Positions 24,527 through 36,601 of a stretch of DNA of 64,000 bases are shown piece after piece (position 1 is the first letter of the stretch; the number at the start of each line of letters is the position of its first letter). The notes beneath the pieces were generated by a model. It saw only the letters and a list, made by a program, of their open reading frames with translations, ran no database searches and was not told the origin of the DNA. This DNA is from Octopus bimaculoides (Eukaryota): contig NC_068990.1 of NCBI RefSeq assembly GCF_001194135.2, positions 16,668,588 through 16,732,587 of the forward strand, written 5' to 3'. The translations under genes were made by a program, and so were the position numbers.

Positions 24527-25034
24527 CGCGTGTGTGTATGTGTGTGTGTGTGTGTGTGTATGTGTGTGTGTGTATGTGTGTGTGTGTGTGTGATTATTAT
24601 CCACCCCACTAGCCAGCCCTCAAAGAAATAATTTGTCACATAGAAATGATGACAGGCTCACAGCTGGTATCTTTCATCCAATATCTGACATCCACTCACC
24701 CCACCTCACTGCAACTCCATCAAAACCACTACTACCACCGCCACAATCACTACCACCTTCACCACAACTCCACCATCACTACCACCATCATCATCACTAT
24801 CACTATCATTGCTGTTACCATCCCCACTAACACCACTACCATCATCCAACAATCACCACCACCACCACCACCCACACTATGCCGACACCTCAGTAAGGAA
24901 AGGGAGAAAATAAGATTAATGAGTTGTCATGTTAATTACTAATTATACTACATCTAAGTAACCTTTTATGTTTGGTTGTTGCTTGTCCTGCATAAATTAA
25001 TATATCATGTGACCGTATCCTATATTTCACTAAG

Positions 25035-25066
<32 letters not shown>

Positions 25067-25130
25067 GGTTAACCTTCATTGAGCAAAGTGTTTCCAGGCA
25101 TCATGACCATGCAGTCTTTAAAGCAGTAAA

Positions 25131-25375
25131 CAGGGAGAGGTTTGACTTATTTCTAGCAGGTGGTGTGATTTAGGGGAGATTTGGCTATTATTTCTAGCAT
25201 GTGGAGCCATTTGGTAGGAGACTTGGCTGTTATTTCTAGCAGGTGGTGTAATTTAGGGGAGATTTGGCTGTTATTTCTAGCGGGAGGTGTGATTTTGGGG
25301 GAGATTTGGCTGTTGTTTCTAGCACGTGGAGCCATTTGGTGGGAGATTTGGCTGTTATTTCTAGCAGGTGGAGTG
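25131..25375. repeat. Minisatellite, six 41-42-bp units of two variant types
   Basis: TTCTAGC anchors at 25151, 25192, 25234, 25275, 25317 and 25359. Confidence 0.9.
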
Positions 25376-25676
25376 ATCACATATGAGTTTCCTTGACTCC
25401 ACTAAATTATAAAGGATAAGTGTATTTTTAGCCCCAGGTCAGCCTCAATTAAACACAGACCTATGATCAAAGTCATTCCAGTTTTGACCATCTCTTCATT
25501 TTTGCGTTATATAATAACACCACCAATATGTCCTTTCCTTTAGATCTGCTCAAACAAGGCTGATTTGGACCAAACAACAAGGACAAGTACAACAGATAAG
25601 AGTAATACTATACTAACGACAACTTCTGCTAGAAATAGCAGCCAAACATCTTACCTATCACACACTACTGTCTTAA

Positions 25677-25827
25677 CCCCAGTGGGTGCAATTTTATTTG
25701 ACTCTACCTCTCCATGATAAAAGTAGGGGGCCACATACTTTTGTGTTTTTGGCTGAAAATAACGATGTTTCTGTTAATTAGTCTCTTCCAGGAGTATGTA
25801 GTCAAACAAAATCGCAGGTTCAAAGGG
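25677..25827. mobile_element. piggyBac-like MITE nested in another repeat
   Basis: TTAA-CCC...GGG-TTAA boundaries (25673-25676, 25828-25831); the host repeat resumes across the insertion. Confidence 0.7.
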
Positions 25828-26279
25828 TTAACAAAAAGCAAAGGAAATATTGGATGATGTAGTCCTAGATAGACTATGTGTGAACACAGATGGAACGGTC
25901 ATGGCTGGAACATCTTCGATCCTAGGTCTGCTCAGTCAGTACTGACACAAGCTTGAATGATAATAACAGCAAGGAAGCATTAATTAATGTATTTATAAAT
26001 ATAAACAGGTGCAGGCATGGCTCTGTGGTTAAGGAGTTTGCTTCCCAACCACAAGATTTGGGGTTCAGTCCCACTGAGTGTCATCTTGAGCAAGTGTTGT
26101 GTGCTATAACTCCTGGTTGCCTTGTGAGTGGATTTGGTTGATGGAAACTGAGAGACCTGTCGTGTGTGTGTGTGTGTGTACTAAACAACAAGGGAAGTTA
26201 GGGAACAGGTTTACTTAGGGTTGAGAAAAGCAGAATTTGAGAGGTTTGCTAATATTCTACAACATAAGGATCATATATA

Positions 26280-26770
26280 TCATCATCATCATCATCGTCG
26301 TTTAACGTCCGCTTTCCATGCTAGCATGGGTTGGACGATTTGACTGAGGACTGGTGAACCAGATGGCTACACCAGGCTCCAATCTGATTTGGCAGAGTTT
26401 CTACAGCTGGATGCCCTTCCTAACACCAACCACTCCGAGAGTGTAGTGGGTGCTTTTACGTGCCACTGGCACGAGAGCCAGTTAGGCGGTACTGACAACG
26501 GCCATGCTCAAATGGTGTTTTTTACATGCCACCTGCACAGGAGCCAGTCCAGCGACACTGGCAACAACCTCGCTCGAATGTTTTTCACGTGCCAGTAAGG
26601 CGACACTGGTAACAATCACGCTCAAATGATGCTTTTTACGTGCCACCAGCACGGAAACCAGACAGCTGCTCCGGCAATGATCACGCTCGGATGGTGCTGT
26701 TAGTGCTCCACTAGCATGGGTGCCAGTCATCAAATTTGGTTTGATTTCAATTTCACTTGCCTCAACAGGT
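26280..26770. mobile_element. Young copy of the (CAT)n-tailed retroposon family D
   Basis: CATCATCGTTTAACGTCCGCTTTCCATGCTAGCATGGG terminus with CpGs retained; near-identical truncated copy at 59481-59595; older copies at 23300-23525, 32010-32140, 39415-39600, 52260-52505 and 62500-62645. Confidence 0.8.
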
Positions 26771-27734
26771 ATAATTTATATTCAGTTATACACCTTGTAC
26801 AGTGCTGTTTAAAGCATGTTCAAAGTGTTCGTTTACCTGATGTCAACAACAACTTGGATGTATATTCGACTGGATTTACTTCAGAAACTCCTCTGTTTAC
26901 ATAGACTTGAGAGAAAGAAAATAGAAATTACAATAATATATATAAATATATATATATATGTGTATATTATTCCCATACATATATGTTTAAAGAGAAAGGG
27001 AGAGAAGTAGGCAGTGGCTCAAGTGATTAAGGTGTTAGTCATGAGTTCAAACCCAATGCTTGTGTCTTGGTTCATGTCGGAACATGTTACCCTAGATTGT
27101 GTCAGGAGTAATAGGAACCAGCTCAAACTGGTTTACTGTTTTCGGACCAGACTCTATCAATCATGACAGTGTGACTTACTGTTAAGCCTGAAATCTGAAA
27201 TCTTAGTAAATATTTTCTCCCACTCATTGCATATGTCTATGTATATTGTGTATGTTTGTGTGTGTGTGTGAATATATATATATATATATATATATATANN
27301 NNNNNNNNNNNNNNNNNNNNNNNNNNNNNNNNNNNNNNNNNNNNNNNNNNNNNNNNNNNNNNNNNNNNNNNNNNNNNNNNNNNNNNNNNNNNNNNNNNNN
27401 NNNNNNNNNNNNNNNNNNNNNNNNNNNNNNNNNNNNNNNNNNNNNNNNNNNNNNNNNNNNNNNNNNNNNNNNNNNNNNNNNNNNNNNNNNNNNNNNNNNN
27501 NNNNNNNNNNNNNNNNNNNNNNNNNNNNNNNNNNNNNNNNNNNNNNNNNNNNNNNNNNNNNNNNNNNNNNNNNNNNNNNNNNNNNNNNNNNNNNNNNNNN
27601 NNNNNNNNNNNNNNNNNNNNNNNNNNNNNNNNNNNNNNNNNNNNNNNNNNNNNNNNNNNNNNNNNNNNNNNNNNNNNNNNNNNNNNNNNNNNNNNNNNNA
27701 CACACACACACACACACACATATATATATGTATA

Positions 27735-27865
27735 CGACGGGCTTCTTTCAGTTTCCGTCTACCAAATCCACTCACAAGGCTTTGGCTGGCCCAAGGCTAT
27801 AGTAGAAAACACTTGCCCAAGGTGCCACGCAATGGGACTGAACCTAGAACCATGTGGTTGGTAAG
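27735..27865 (-). mobile_element. SINE family A
   Basis: Reverse complement of the 2367-2520 head and core. Confidence 0.85.
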
Positions 27866-29304
27866 CATTTTTCTTTTGCATGCATTTAAAGAATATTTAT
27901 ATAGACACATACACAAACGCATCTTTATACATGTATACATGTGTGTATACACACACACACAAACATTGATATATATGGTACGTATGTATGTATGTTTAGT
28001 GTTCTTGCAGCTTAAAGCAGTAAACTTCAGCCTGTAGTGTGTTGTTTACAGCATGTAGAAACTGAACCAGTTTGGAGTTAAATCTCATCCTACCATTATT
28101 TGATGATGTAGTCTGGGATTTACTGTAATTAAATAAAAAAACATGAGTGGATGGCCATGGCTGGGATGCCTTTGAACACAAGTCTGCTTAATTCTTTTGT
28201 TGCCATATTTCTGGCGTAAGATATTACCTTTATTTTAGTTTATTTTGAAAATAAGAGTTTAGTAAAACAACTTTGTCATTATTAAGCTGGTGTTTGGGAC
28301 ATGAATTAACATGAAGTTTTGATGGAAAGTTTCAATTTAGATCACTTTAAAAGCAAAGTCTGTATAATAGAACTAGGTATGTGGAGGACTTATTCATAGT
28401 CAAGTGAACTGGCCTGCCGAGTGCTAAGTGACTTGGGTCATGGATACACTGCTGTTCTGATAACAGGATACAAATGCCAAAATGATTTTTGAGTCTGTTG
28501 GCAAATTTGCTGCTACCAGCCCCGGGCTGACCAAAGCTTTGTGAGTAAATTTGATTGACGGAAACTGTAGAAAGTCCATTGTGTGTATACTTATATGGCT
28601 GTGTGTGTGTGTGTGTGTTAAGCAAACAATTGATTAGTTAGTTGGTTAGATATCTAAGTGACTAGCAATAAAGAAGTGATAGTGAACCAGTGCATGTGTT
28701 TATTATTGGCATAATGACCCTCCAAGACACAGCAAGATTTGTTTCAACAGATAAATTTACATCAAGAATCTTGCATATACAAAAATGAAGAAATTATTTT
28801 ATTGACTCTTTCTCTGTTGTTTTACCTGGAAACAGAAACTGTCATAATGCAAGTGATTGATCTTGTTTAACCTTTCTGAATTTAGGTATTGTATATGGTA
28901 CTGGAATCTGGTGCAGATGATGTAACCAAAATTTTATGGAACCAGAATCTGTTGTAGATAATCTAACCATGTGTAATTAAAATTATATTTGACCTAAATC
29001 TGATATAAAAAGAAGACTGGAGTCCAGTCTGTTCCTTTTCCTATTATAAATTGATTTTTTTCTTGCTACAGTATGCATGAGATAAACTACTTTTCTTGCA
29101 GTTTTTTTGTTTTTTAGTATATATATTTGTGTGTTGCTAAAGGAAATCGTTTTTACATTTGGGTATGCATCCTGCTTCTAATCAGTCAACCATGAAGAGT
29201 TGTAGCCATTCATTTGTGACACAACCTATATTTGGCAAACATTTTCTTGGTTGCAGTTTTGGGATCAAATAAACTTATGGAATACAAGAAAAGAAATAAA
29301 TACG

Positions 29305-29307
29305 AGT

Positions 29308-29372
<65 letters not shown>

Positions 29373-29434
29373 CAGCAGCAGCTGCATTAGTCACAGTAAT
29401 AGTAGCAGCAGCAGCAACAGTAGTAGTAGTAGTA
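29305..29434. repeat. (AGC)n/(AGT)n trinucleotide repeat
   Basis: Directly visible. Confidence 0.95.
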
Positions 29435-29529
29435 GTAATTTCCTTTTGACTTAGTGGATTAATAAATACCAGTAATATGCTGCTAACAATTCAAATAGTT
29501 ACTTGTGTCTCTTATAAAATTTACTGATA

Positions 29530-29945
29530 TGTGAAGTTGAGCAGAATTGTTAAAGGATCAGGCAAAATACTTTGTGGTATTTAGTTTCATATCTTTATGT
29601 TCTAGGTTCAAATTCCTTTGTGGTCATCCTTAACTTTCATCCTTCTAGGGTTGATAAAATAAAAATATCTGTCAAGAATTAAGGGTGGATTTAATCGACC
29701 ATTCCTCTCCCTCAATATTTCTGGTCTTTAAGGCAGCAAGCTGGCAGAAACGTTAGCACGCCAGGCGAAATGCTTAGCAGTATTTCATCTGTCTTTACAT
29801 TCTGAGTTCAAATTCTGCTGAGGTTGACTTTGCCTTTCATTCTTTCGGGGTCAATAAATTAAGTACCAGTTGTGTACTGGGGTCAATCTAATTGACTGGC
29901 CCCCTCCCCCCAAATTTCAGGTCTTGTGCCTAGAGTAGAAAAGAA
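29530..29945 (+). mobile_element. Two adjacent SINE family B copies
   Basis: Older copy 29530-29700; younger full copy 29731-29945, also at 32935-33145. Confidence 0.85.
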
Positions 29946-30132
29946 TATTTCTGGCCTTTTGCCTATGTAGTGTCACCTTGAGCAAGTCTCTTCTAGGTCT
30001 TTTCACATGGTTAGTTAACAAATTTCATAACCAAACACCTATATATATATATGCCTTTACAGATATATTGGTTCAGTACCATTCCAGTGGTACCACTTAC
30101 CATTCATGATAGATGCACTCTTTAACTTTTGT

Positions 30133-30445
30133 GAAGGCACATGGCTTAGTGGTTAGAGTATTCGGCTCACAATTGTAAGGTCATAAGTTTGATCCTGGTG
30201 GCATGTTGTGACCATCAGCAAGACACTTTATTTCTTATTCCTCTCAGCTGGAAAAATGAGTAATACTTGTATTTTTGGAAGGACTAGCCTTGTCACACTG
30301 TGTCACATTGAATCTGCCTGAGAACTACATTAAGGGTACATATATCTATGGAGTACTCAGCCACTTGCACATTAATTTCATGAGCAGGCTGTTCCATGGA
30401 TCAGATCAACTGGAACTCGTGTGGTTATAACTGACAGAGTGCCAT
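30133..30445 (+). mobile_element. SINE family C
   Basis: Head GGCACATGGCTTAGTGGTTAG, CORE-like segment and shared body; other copies 37870-38140, 44055-44320 and 56890-57190. Confidence 0.85.
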
Positions 30446-30499
30446 TTTTTTAAAACTTCCAGAATGGTTTTAATTCAACAGCTTGGATAATGCCATCTC

Positions 30500-31450
30500 C
30501 TAATTTTTCATCCTACTCTGTACAATATGGTTGTCATTTCATATTACTATGTCGATAATTAATACAAACTGTCACTTCTATTTATCATTGAAAAATTGTC
30601 AGGCCTAATATATGATATCCAGTGAGCTGTCTCTGTTAACATTCCATCATTGTACTTTTCCATCCCTGTCTGTACAATATTATAGTCATTTGATATCTGA
30701 TATTATGTTGATAATTAATACAGTCTTGTCACTTCTGTCATTGAAAATTGTGTTAGGCCTTGTGTGTGTGATATCCAATGATCTGTCATGTTAACATTCC
30801 ATTGTATTTTCATCCCATTCTGCACAATATTATAGTCATTTGATATTCTTATATCATTAATTAATACATACTCATCACTTTTGTCACTGAAAATCCTGCC
30901 AAGCCTAATATACAATATTCAATATCTGTGTGTCTGTTAAATGTTCCACCATCTTTTTGCATTGTCATTTTCTAAGATTATACGATATCCAGCCATCTGT
31001 CTCTATGCTAACCTAACATTCCATTGTATTTTCACCTCACTCTGAACAATATTATATAATCATTTGATATTCTTATATCATTATTTAATACAATACTACC
31101 ACTTTTGTCATTGAAAATTATGTCTGGCCTACTATACAATATTATAGTCATTTAATTTTTGATATTGTTATGTTATTAATTAATTTTCTGTGACAAAAGT
31201 AATAGTTTTGTATTATGTCACGCCTTGTATACAATGTCTGATAGCTGTATGTTAAATACTCAATTATTTTTACATAGTCATTTTCTAACATTATGCATTA
31301 TTCAATGATCTGTCTGCATTTTCACCTCACTCTGCACAATATCATAGTCATCTGATATTGCTCTATCATAATTTAATATAATACTGTCACTTTTATTGTT
31401 GAAAATGATGTGATATCCAACAATCTGTTTCTGTGCTAAGCACTCCATTG
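30500..31450. repeat. Diverged tandem repeat, ~150-bp basic unit
   Basis: CAATAT(T)ATAGTCATTTGAT-like anchor at 30523, 30675, 30825, 31047, 31137 and 31337. Confidence 0.8.
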
Positions 31451-32469
31451 TGTTTCCTCATTGTTACTGTTTAAGATGAGTACATGTTCACATGGATGCT
31501 ATAGAGCATTTTTTCTCTGAGGAGCTGGAGCACTTGTGTGGAACAGCTTTGCTATGTTACTGAGTTTCCAGTTGTATTTCATGGAAGCTAGATGTTATGG
31601 GAGAATCCTGCACATCCCACGTGACTGAAGGGAGACTGACCAATTACAATAAATAAGAACTGAGTGAACCGTTACTGCGTAGTTGACAGTGTTAGTTCGA
31701 CCGTGTTGGTTTACCATGTTTGTTTGATGTGTGTTGGTTTAACAGTCAGTAGTTGGACAGTGAATACTGAGTATCATACCTACATTTGAGTAGTACGGAG
31801 TGCATTCTGTGTTAACATATATTTCTGCGATAGGTTATTTTTAGATAACCACAACCAACTATTTATTTGTGTAATACCATTTTACACCAGATGTGTAAGC
31901 CCATGACATAACTGTAGTGTAGGACATCCTGTTAAGATAGTGAATATAAAGCATTGATTCAATGGTAAGTGGAATAGTGTGTGTGTGTGTGTATATATAT
32001 ATATGCATTTGGAAGGGCATAGAAACCTTGCCAAACAGACAATCAGTGCCTGGTGCAGCTCTCCAGCTTGCTAGCTTTTATCAAAATTGTTCAATTAATG
32101 CCAGCATAGAAAATGGACATTAAATGATGATGATGATGATATGTCCTTATATGAAGATACTCATGTTTCAAGCTTCATATGAGTTGAAAATATGTTTATT
32201 TGTTTTATGTAATATTATCTCATTATGTACGCCTGTTAGTGTATTATAACATTAACCATTTGCTGAATCTTTGAAACAACTGTAAAGATCAATCTTCATC
32301 CTGTAATATATACTTGTAATATCTTATATAAGTGAATTCACTATAATTTGATAGGTTTGTGAAGTGGTGTGCCAGATGATATCTTAATAATGAAAAAGTT
32401 ATTTGATTAAATCCCTTTGAATTCTTGATTATATTAGATATTTAATTGAAACATCTGGATGTTATAAGT

Positions 32470-32815
32470 GCAAGTGTGGCTGTTTGGTTAAGAAGTTTGT
32501 TTCCCAACCACATAGTTTCGGGTTCAGTCCTACCATGTGGCACCTCAAGCAAGTGTCTTCCACTATGGTTCCAAGCCAACTGAAGCCTTGTGAGTCAACT
32601 TAATTGATGGAAATTGTGTAAAACCCATGTATGAATGTGTGTTTGCATGTGTTTCTGTGTTGGTTCTCTCACTGATGAATGGTGAGAGCCCACAATAATA
32701 AGGGCCAGACTTAGAATAAGCACATGGGGTTGATTTTTGATTTATTTGAGTAAACCTCTCAAGGCAGTGCTCCAGCATGCTGTAGTTCAATGACTGAAAT
32801 AAGTAAGAGAGTAAA
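32470..32815 (+). mobile_element. SINE family A, CpG-decayed
   Basis: Aligns end to end with 2367-2786; further copies at 26010-26165, 35200-35350, 37050-37185(-), 39625-39770(-), 52585-52745(-), 55095-55262 and 63195-63370. Confidence 0.85.
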
Positions 32816-33819
32816 AGAGGGTATTATTTCATTAGAAACCTGATCCTAAAAGGGATTAACAATTCATTAGTCAGATGCCAGATTGCTTCCATCAGTGGAT
32901 TAATGAGATTTTTTAATATATTTGGGGTGAGAAGGTAGTGAGCTGGCAGAAACGTTAGCATGCCTGGCGAAATGCTTGGTGGTATCTCATCTGTCTTTAC
33001 GTTCTGAGTTCAAATTCCGTTGAGGTCGACTTTGCTTTTCATCCTTTCAGGGTTGATAAATTAAGTACCAGCTGCGTACTGAGGTTGATCTAATTGACTG
33101 GCCCCCTCCCCAAAAATTTCGGGCCTTGTGCCTAGAAAAGAATACATTTGGGGAGAGAGAGAGATTATTATGATATTTTGAGGGGAGGGGGAGATTAATA
33201 TGATATATTTGGGGCAAGGGAAGATAATTACAATACATTTGGGAGCAAGGTGAGGATCATATTTATGGTGGTTTTCTGGAATTTTTCAGTGCATTTCCTG
33301 AAGCTTAAAGATAGCAAAATTTAAATGTGATTTACATAAGAGAGCAATACAAGAATATATAGTGATCTGGTATGGGTGTCTTTATGTAGTTCCTTGATCT
33401 GCTATAAATAGCAGTGAAATCTCACTCAAATTATATCCTATCTTAAAAAAGGAGACATAGGAGAATGTGGTTTTAGATATATTAGGATGCCTTTGATTTT
33501 AAGATTACTCAGTCAGGACTAGCCTGTGATTAAACAATAACAACAACAACAACATCAAGGATATTAATATATTCACAGGAGGCATGTTGTAGTACTTCTT
33601 ATAACAAATATAACTAATGAGATTTTTAAATTAATTAGATTAATAAATATATTATGTCAACTTCTGTAATGAATCTGGTCATACATGTTAAAGAGGTATA
33701 AAGGTGGATATGGTAGAGCAACATAAAGGAAAAGGAGGAAGGTGGTGCTAAAGTAGAGGTTGGGCTGACATCTGGTTGAGGGATTGTGGGAACATACAAC
33801 CTTCCTTGACTATAGATTT

Positions 33820-35044
33820 TACCAAGTTGAATCAAAAGTTTTTTTATATTCCAAACTTTAATTAAAAGTTCAGACAAATTCCATACGAACAATGTTTATT
33901 CATCAAAATATATTCCATCATATGCTATTGTCTGTTGCCATCATTGTGCCAGAAGTTCAATTGCACATTTATGCCATTTGCCTGGTTTAGAGGCCAAAAA
34001 ACCCCCTACATCGGTTTTCAACCTCACCCACATTGTTGAACCTCCATCTGTCCAGAAAATGAACCATGACTTGGAAAAGGTTGTAATTTGATGGTGCAAG
34101 GTGAGGCAGCACTTCCCAGCCCCTCAAATTTCTCAAGTTTGCACTTGACCACATTGGCTCGGGCATTGTCATACTGTAAGAGTGCATGTCTTTGATTGCT
34201 GGGTAGCAGGCTTTCAATACACCATATACTTGCTGCAGTTATTGAGCATAAAGGTTAGCATTCACAGCATGACCATCTGGAGCAAGCTCAAAATGCAACA
34301 ATACCTTGAAATTTCACCAAACACACAACATGACCTTCTGTTCAAACCGTCCGTGTTTGACACAAGGATCTGAAGCCTAGCCAGAATGAAGACGTTGATT
34401 TCTCTTATTGGAGTTACAAAAATAGATTTATTTTTCATCCCCAGTTACAATTTGATGCCAAGAATGCACATCTCGAGGATTTGCCAACAATTGTTTGCAG
34501 ATGTTCACATGTTGTTGAACCTGTCATTGCTCAGTTCATGAGGCGCTTCTCAACAACATCTGTTCACAAGGCTGAGCTTCTGGAGGTAAAAGTTGATGGT
34601 GCTTTGCATGGGACTAAGTTCTGCTTACAATGTATGAGAGCTTGGCTGTTGCTTCCAAGCAAGGCCTCATCTTCCAAAGAAGATTTCACTGATTTTGGTT
34701 TGCCTTTGAGGCTGGTGTCACTTTCCTTAAAACATCTGGACCAGTTTTGTGCCACATGTTCATTGACAGTTCCTGGGATTTCCACATCATTAATGTCTTT
34801 TGCTGCTGCCCTTGCACTCAGTTCTTTTGTCCACATGTAGCAAAAATGGCTCTAATTGCAATTTTTTCATCATTCATTATCAAAGCCATAAAATAGTAAA
34901 GATTAATCTTTACATGTTATTTATGAAAATAAAGAATAAACAATTCAGCAACTATTGAACAAGTTTTATCCAATTAACATAGACAGATAAGTTGCTAAAA
35001 ATCACCAGTGAAAATGTGAAAAAAATGTTTGAGCCAACCTGATA
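33820..35044 (-). mobile_element. Full-length degenerate mariner (D,D34D-type) transposon
   Basis: TIRs TA-CCAAGTTGAATCAAAAGTTTTT / AAAAATGTTTGAGCCAACCTGA-TA. Transposase motifs: HTH (AAAKDINDVEIPGTVNEHVAQNW), IVTGDEK*IYF, KVMLCVW, LLQYDNAR, GWEVLPH-LAPSNYNLF, W..TIAYDGIYFDE*. Confidence 0.92.
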
Positions 35045-35352
35045 TTTCATTGATTCATTGTTTAATTGTTGGGAAGAGATGTACTACCATTCATTATTCT
35101 TTCTATATTTCTATTAGTTATATCCAGTTTGTGAATAGTAGTCACAATACTACCAGTATCTGAATCATGGAAGCAATGTCTTTTTTCGAGTGGGTGGGTG
35201 AGGGAATGTCGGGTTAAAAAGTTTGCTTCCCAACCATCTGGTTTTGGGTTCAACCACTGCATGCTAATTTGGGCAAGTGCTTTCTATCATAGCTCCAAGT
35301 TGACCAAATCCTTGCAAGTGAATTTGATAGACAAAAACTGAAAAAAGCCTGT

Positions 35353-35387
<35 letters not shown>

Positions 35388-36553
35388 ATCTCTTTGTCTT
35401 GATTTTGCATGATAGTTGTAAATGAATGTCACTATCATAGAAGCTGTGTCATTCATTTACAATATTCTACAAAAACATGTTTGGCCATGAAGAAATATTA
35501 TCTTGCTGGGAAACAAGTAAAGGTTGGTTACAGGAAGAGCATTTGGCTGCAGAAAATCTGCCTCAGTAAATTCTATCTGATCTATGCAAGCATAGAAAAG
35601 TAGATGTTAAAATGATGGCAGTGGCAGTGATGATGTTGATGATGATGAAGAAGAAATTTGCCAGAAGGTGTTAAGAACAAATATACACATCATATAATCA
35701 TGTGTTTAATGAGTTTAGAATTTATTATTTGTTCCCCAGATATTCTGTCTCTAACACAACTCCATTGTCTATCTTGGCAACACCCTTCTTCATCTTACAG
35801 TACTTTCAACAATGAACTGTTTATATAGAAAGATGAATTGATAGACACAAACATGCAAAATTACTATGGTTTCATCCCTACATCAAGATACACCCACATA
35901 CAATCATAAAAACACTCAACAGACACATATACTGATATACAGCCATATACAAATATACACACACACACATACACACACAAACATACTCACATAGACATAA
36001 CATATGCACATAAACACATGAACACATACATGTTCACACACATATAAATATATACACACAGACATGTATACACATATAGACACACATAAGCTATGCATGT
36101 GCATGCACACACACACACAATAACACATACATAGATACATATATGGTTACATTCTGGAATCTCAGTAAAAATGATTGTTGATTGTTCAACTTTGATTACT
36201 GTCTATTGATTATTTTCCTGTAATTTCCTCTCCATCATTATTAATTAACTCCCAGTTAAGACTGGAAATGACTGATGGCAGTGTTGGAATGTTGTGGCGT
36301 TGCAGTATCAAAATGGTATTTATAAAAATTATTCTTTTTTCTGATCATTCTACTCACCCCCTCCACCCCCACCATTCCTGCTCTTTTTATTCTGTAGTTT
36401 ATTTTTCTTTTTCTAGTTTCAGTCATTGGTTTGTAGCCACGCTGGGGCACTTACAGTCTTCAAAGATTTGCTCAATCTCATCAACCTCTGTAAATGGCGT
36501 ATATACATTATATATGATACATAGATATCTATTTTAATTTAATACTGCTTCAG

Positions 36554-36601
36554 TTGCATACGCTGGGTTATTTTTCAACCCAGCAGCTATTCACAATGTC
36601 A
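36554..36601 (+). CDS. Candidate 48-nt exon, product unknown
   Basis: TGCTTCAG acceptor, GTGAGT donor; open in all frames (phase 1: AYAGLFFNPAAIHNV). Confidence 0.25.

Noticed and set aside
25131-25375. CRISPR-like repeat/spacer array
   Set aside because: The variable parts are two recurring types, not unique spacers; eukaryotic context; no cas genes.
28860-28970. Kinase/WD40-like words on both strands (LYMVLESGADDVTKILW; LSTTDSGSIKFW)
   Set aside because: Each frame hits a stop before a convincing donor; resemblance on both strands suggests chance.
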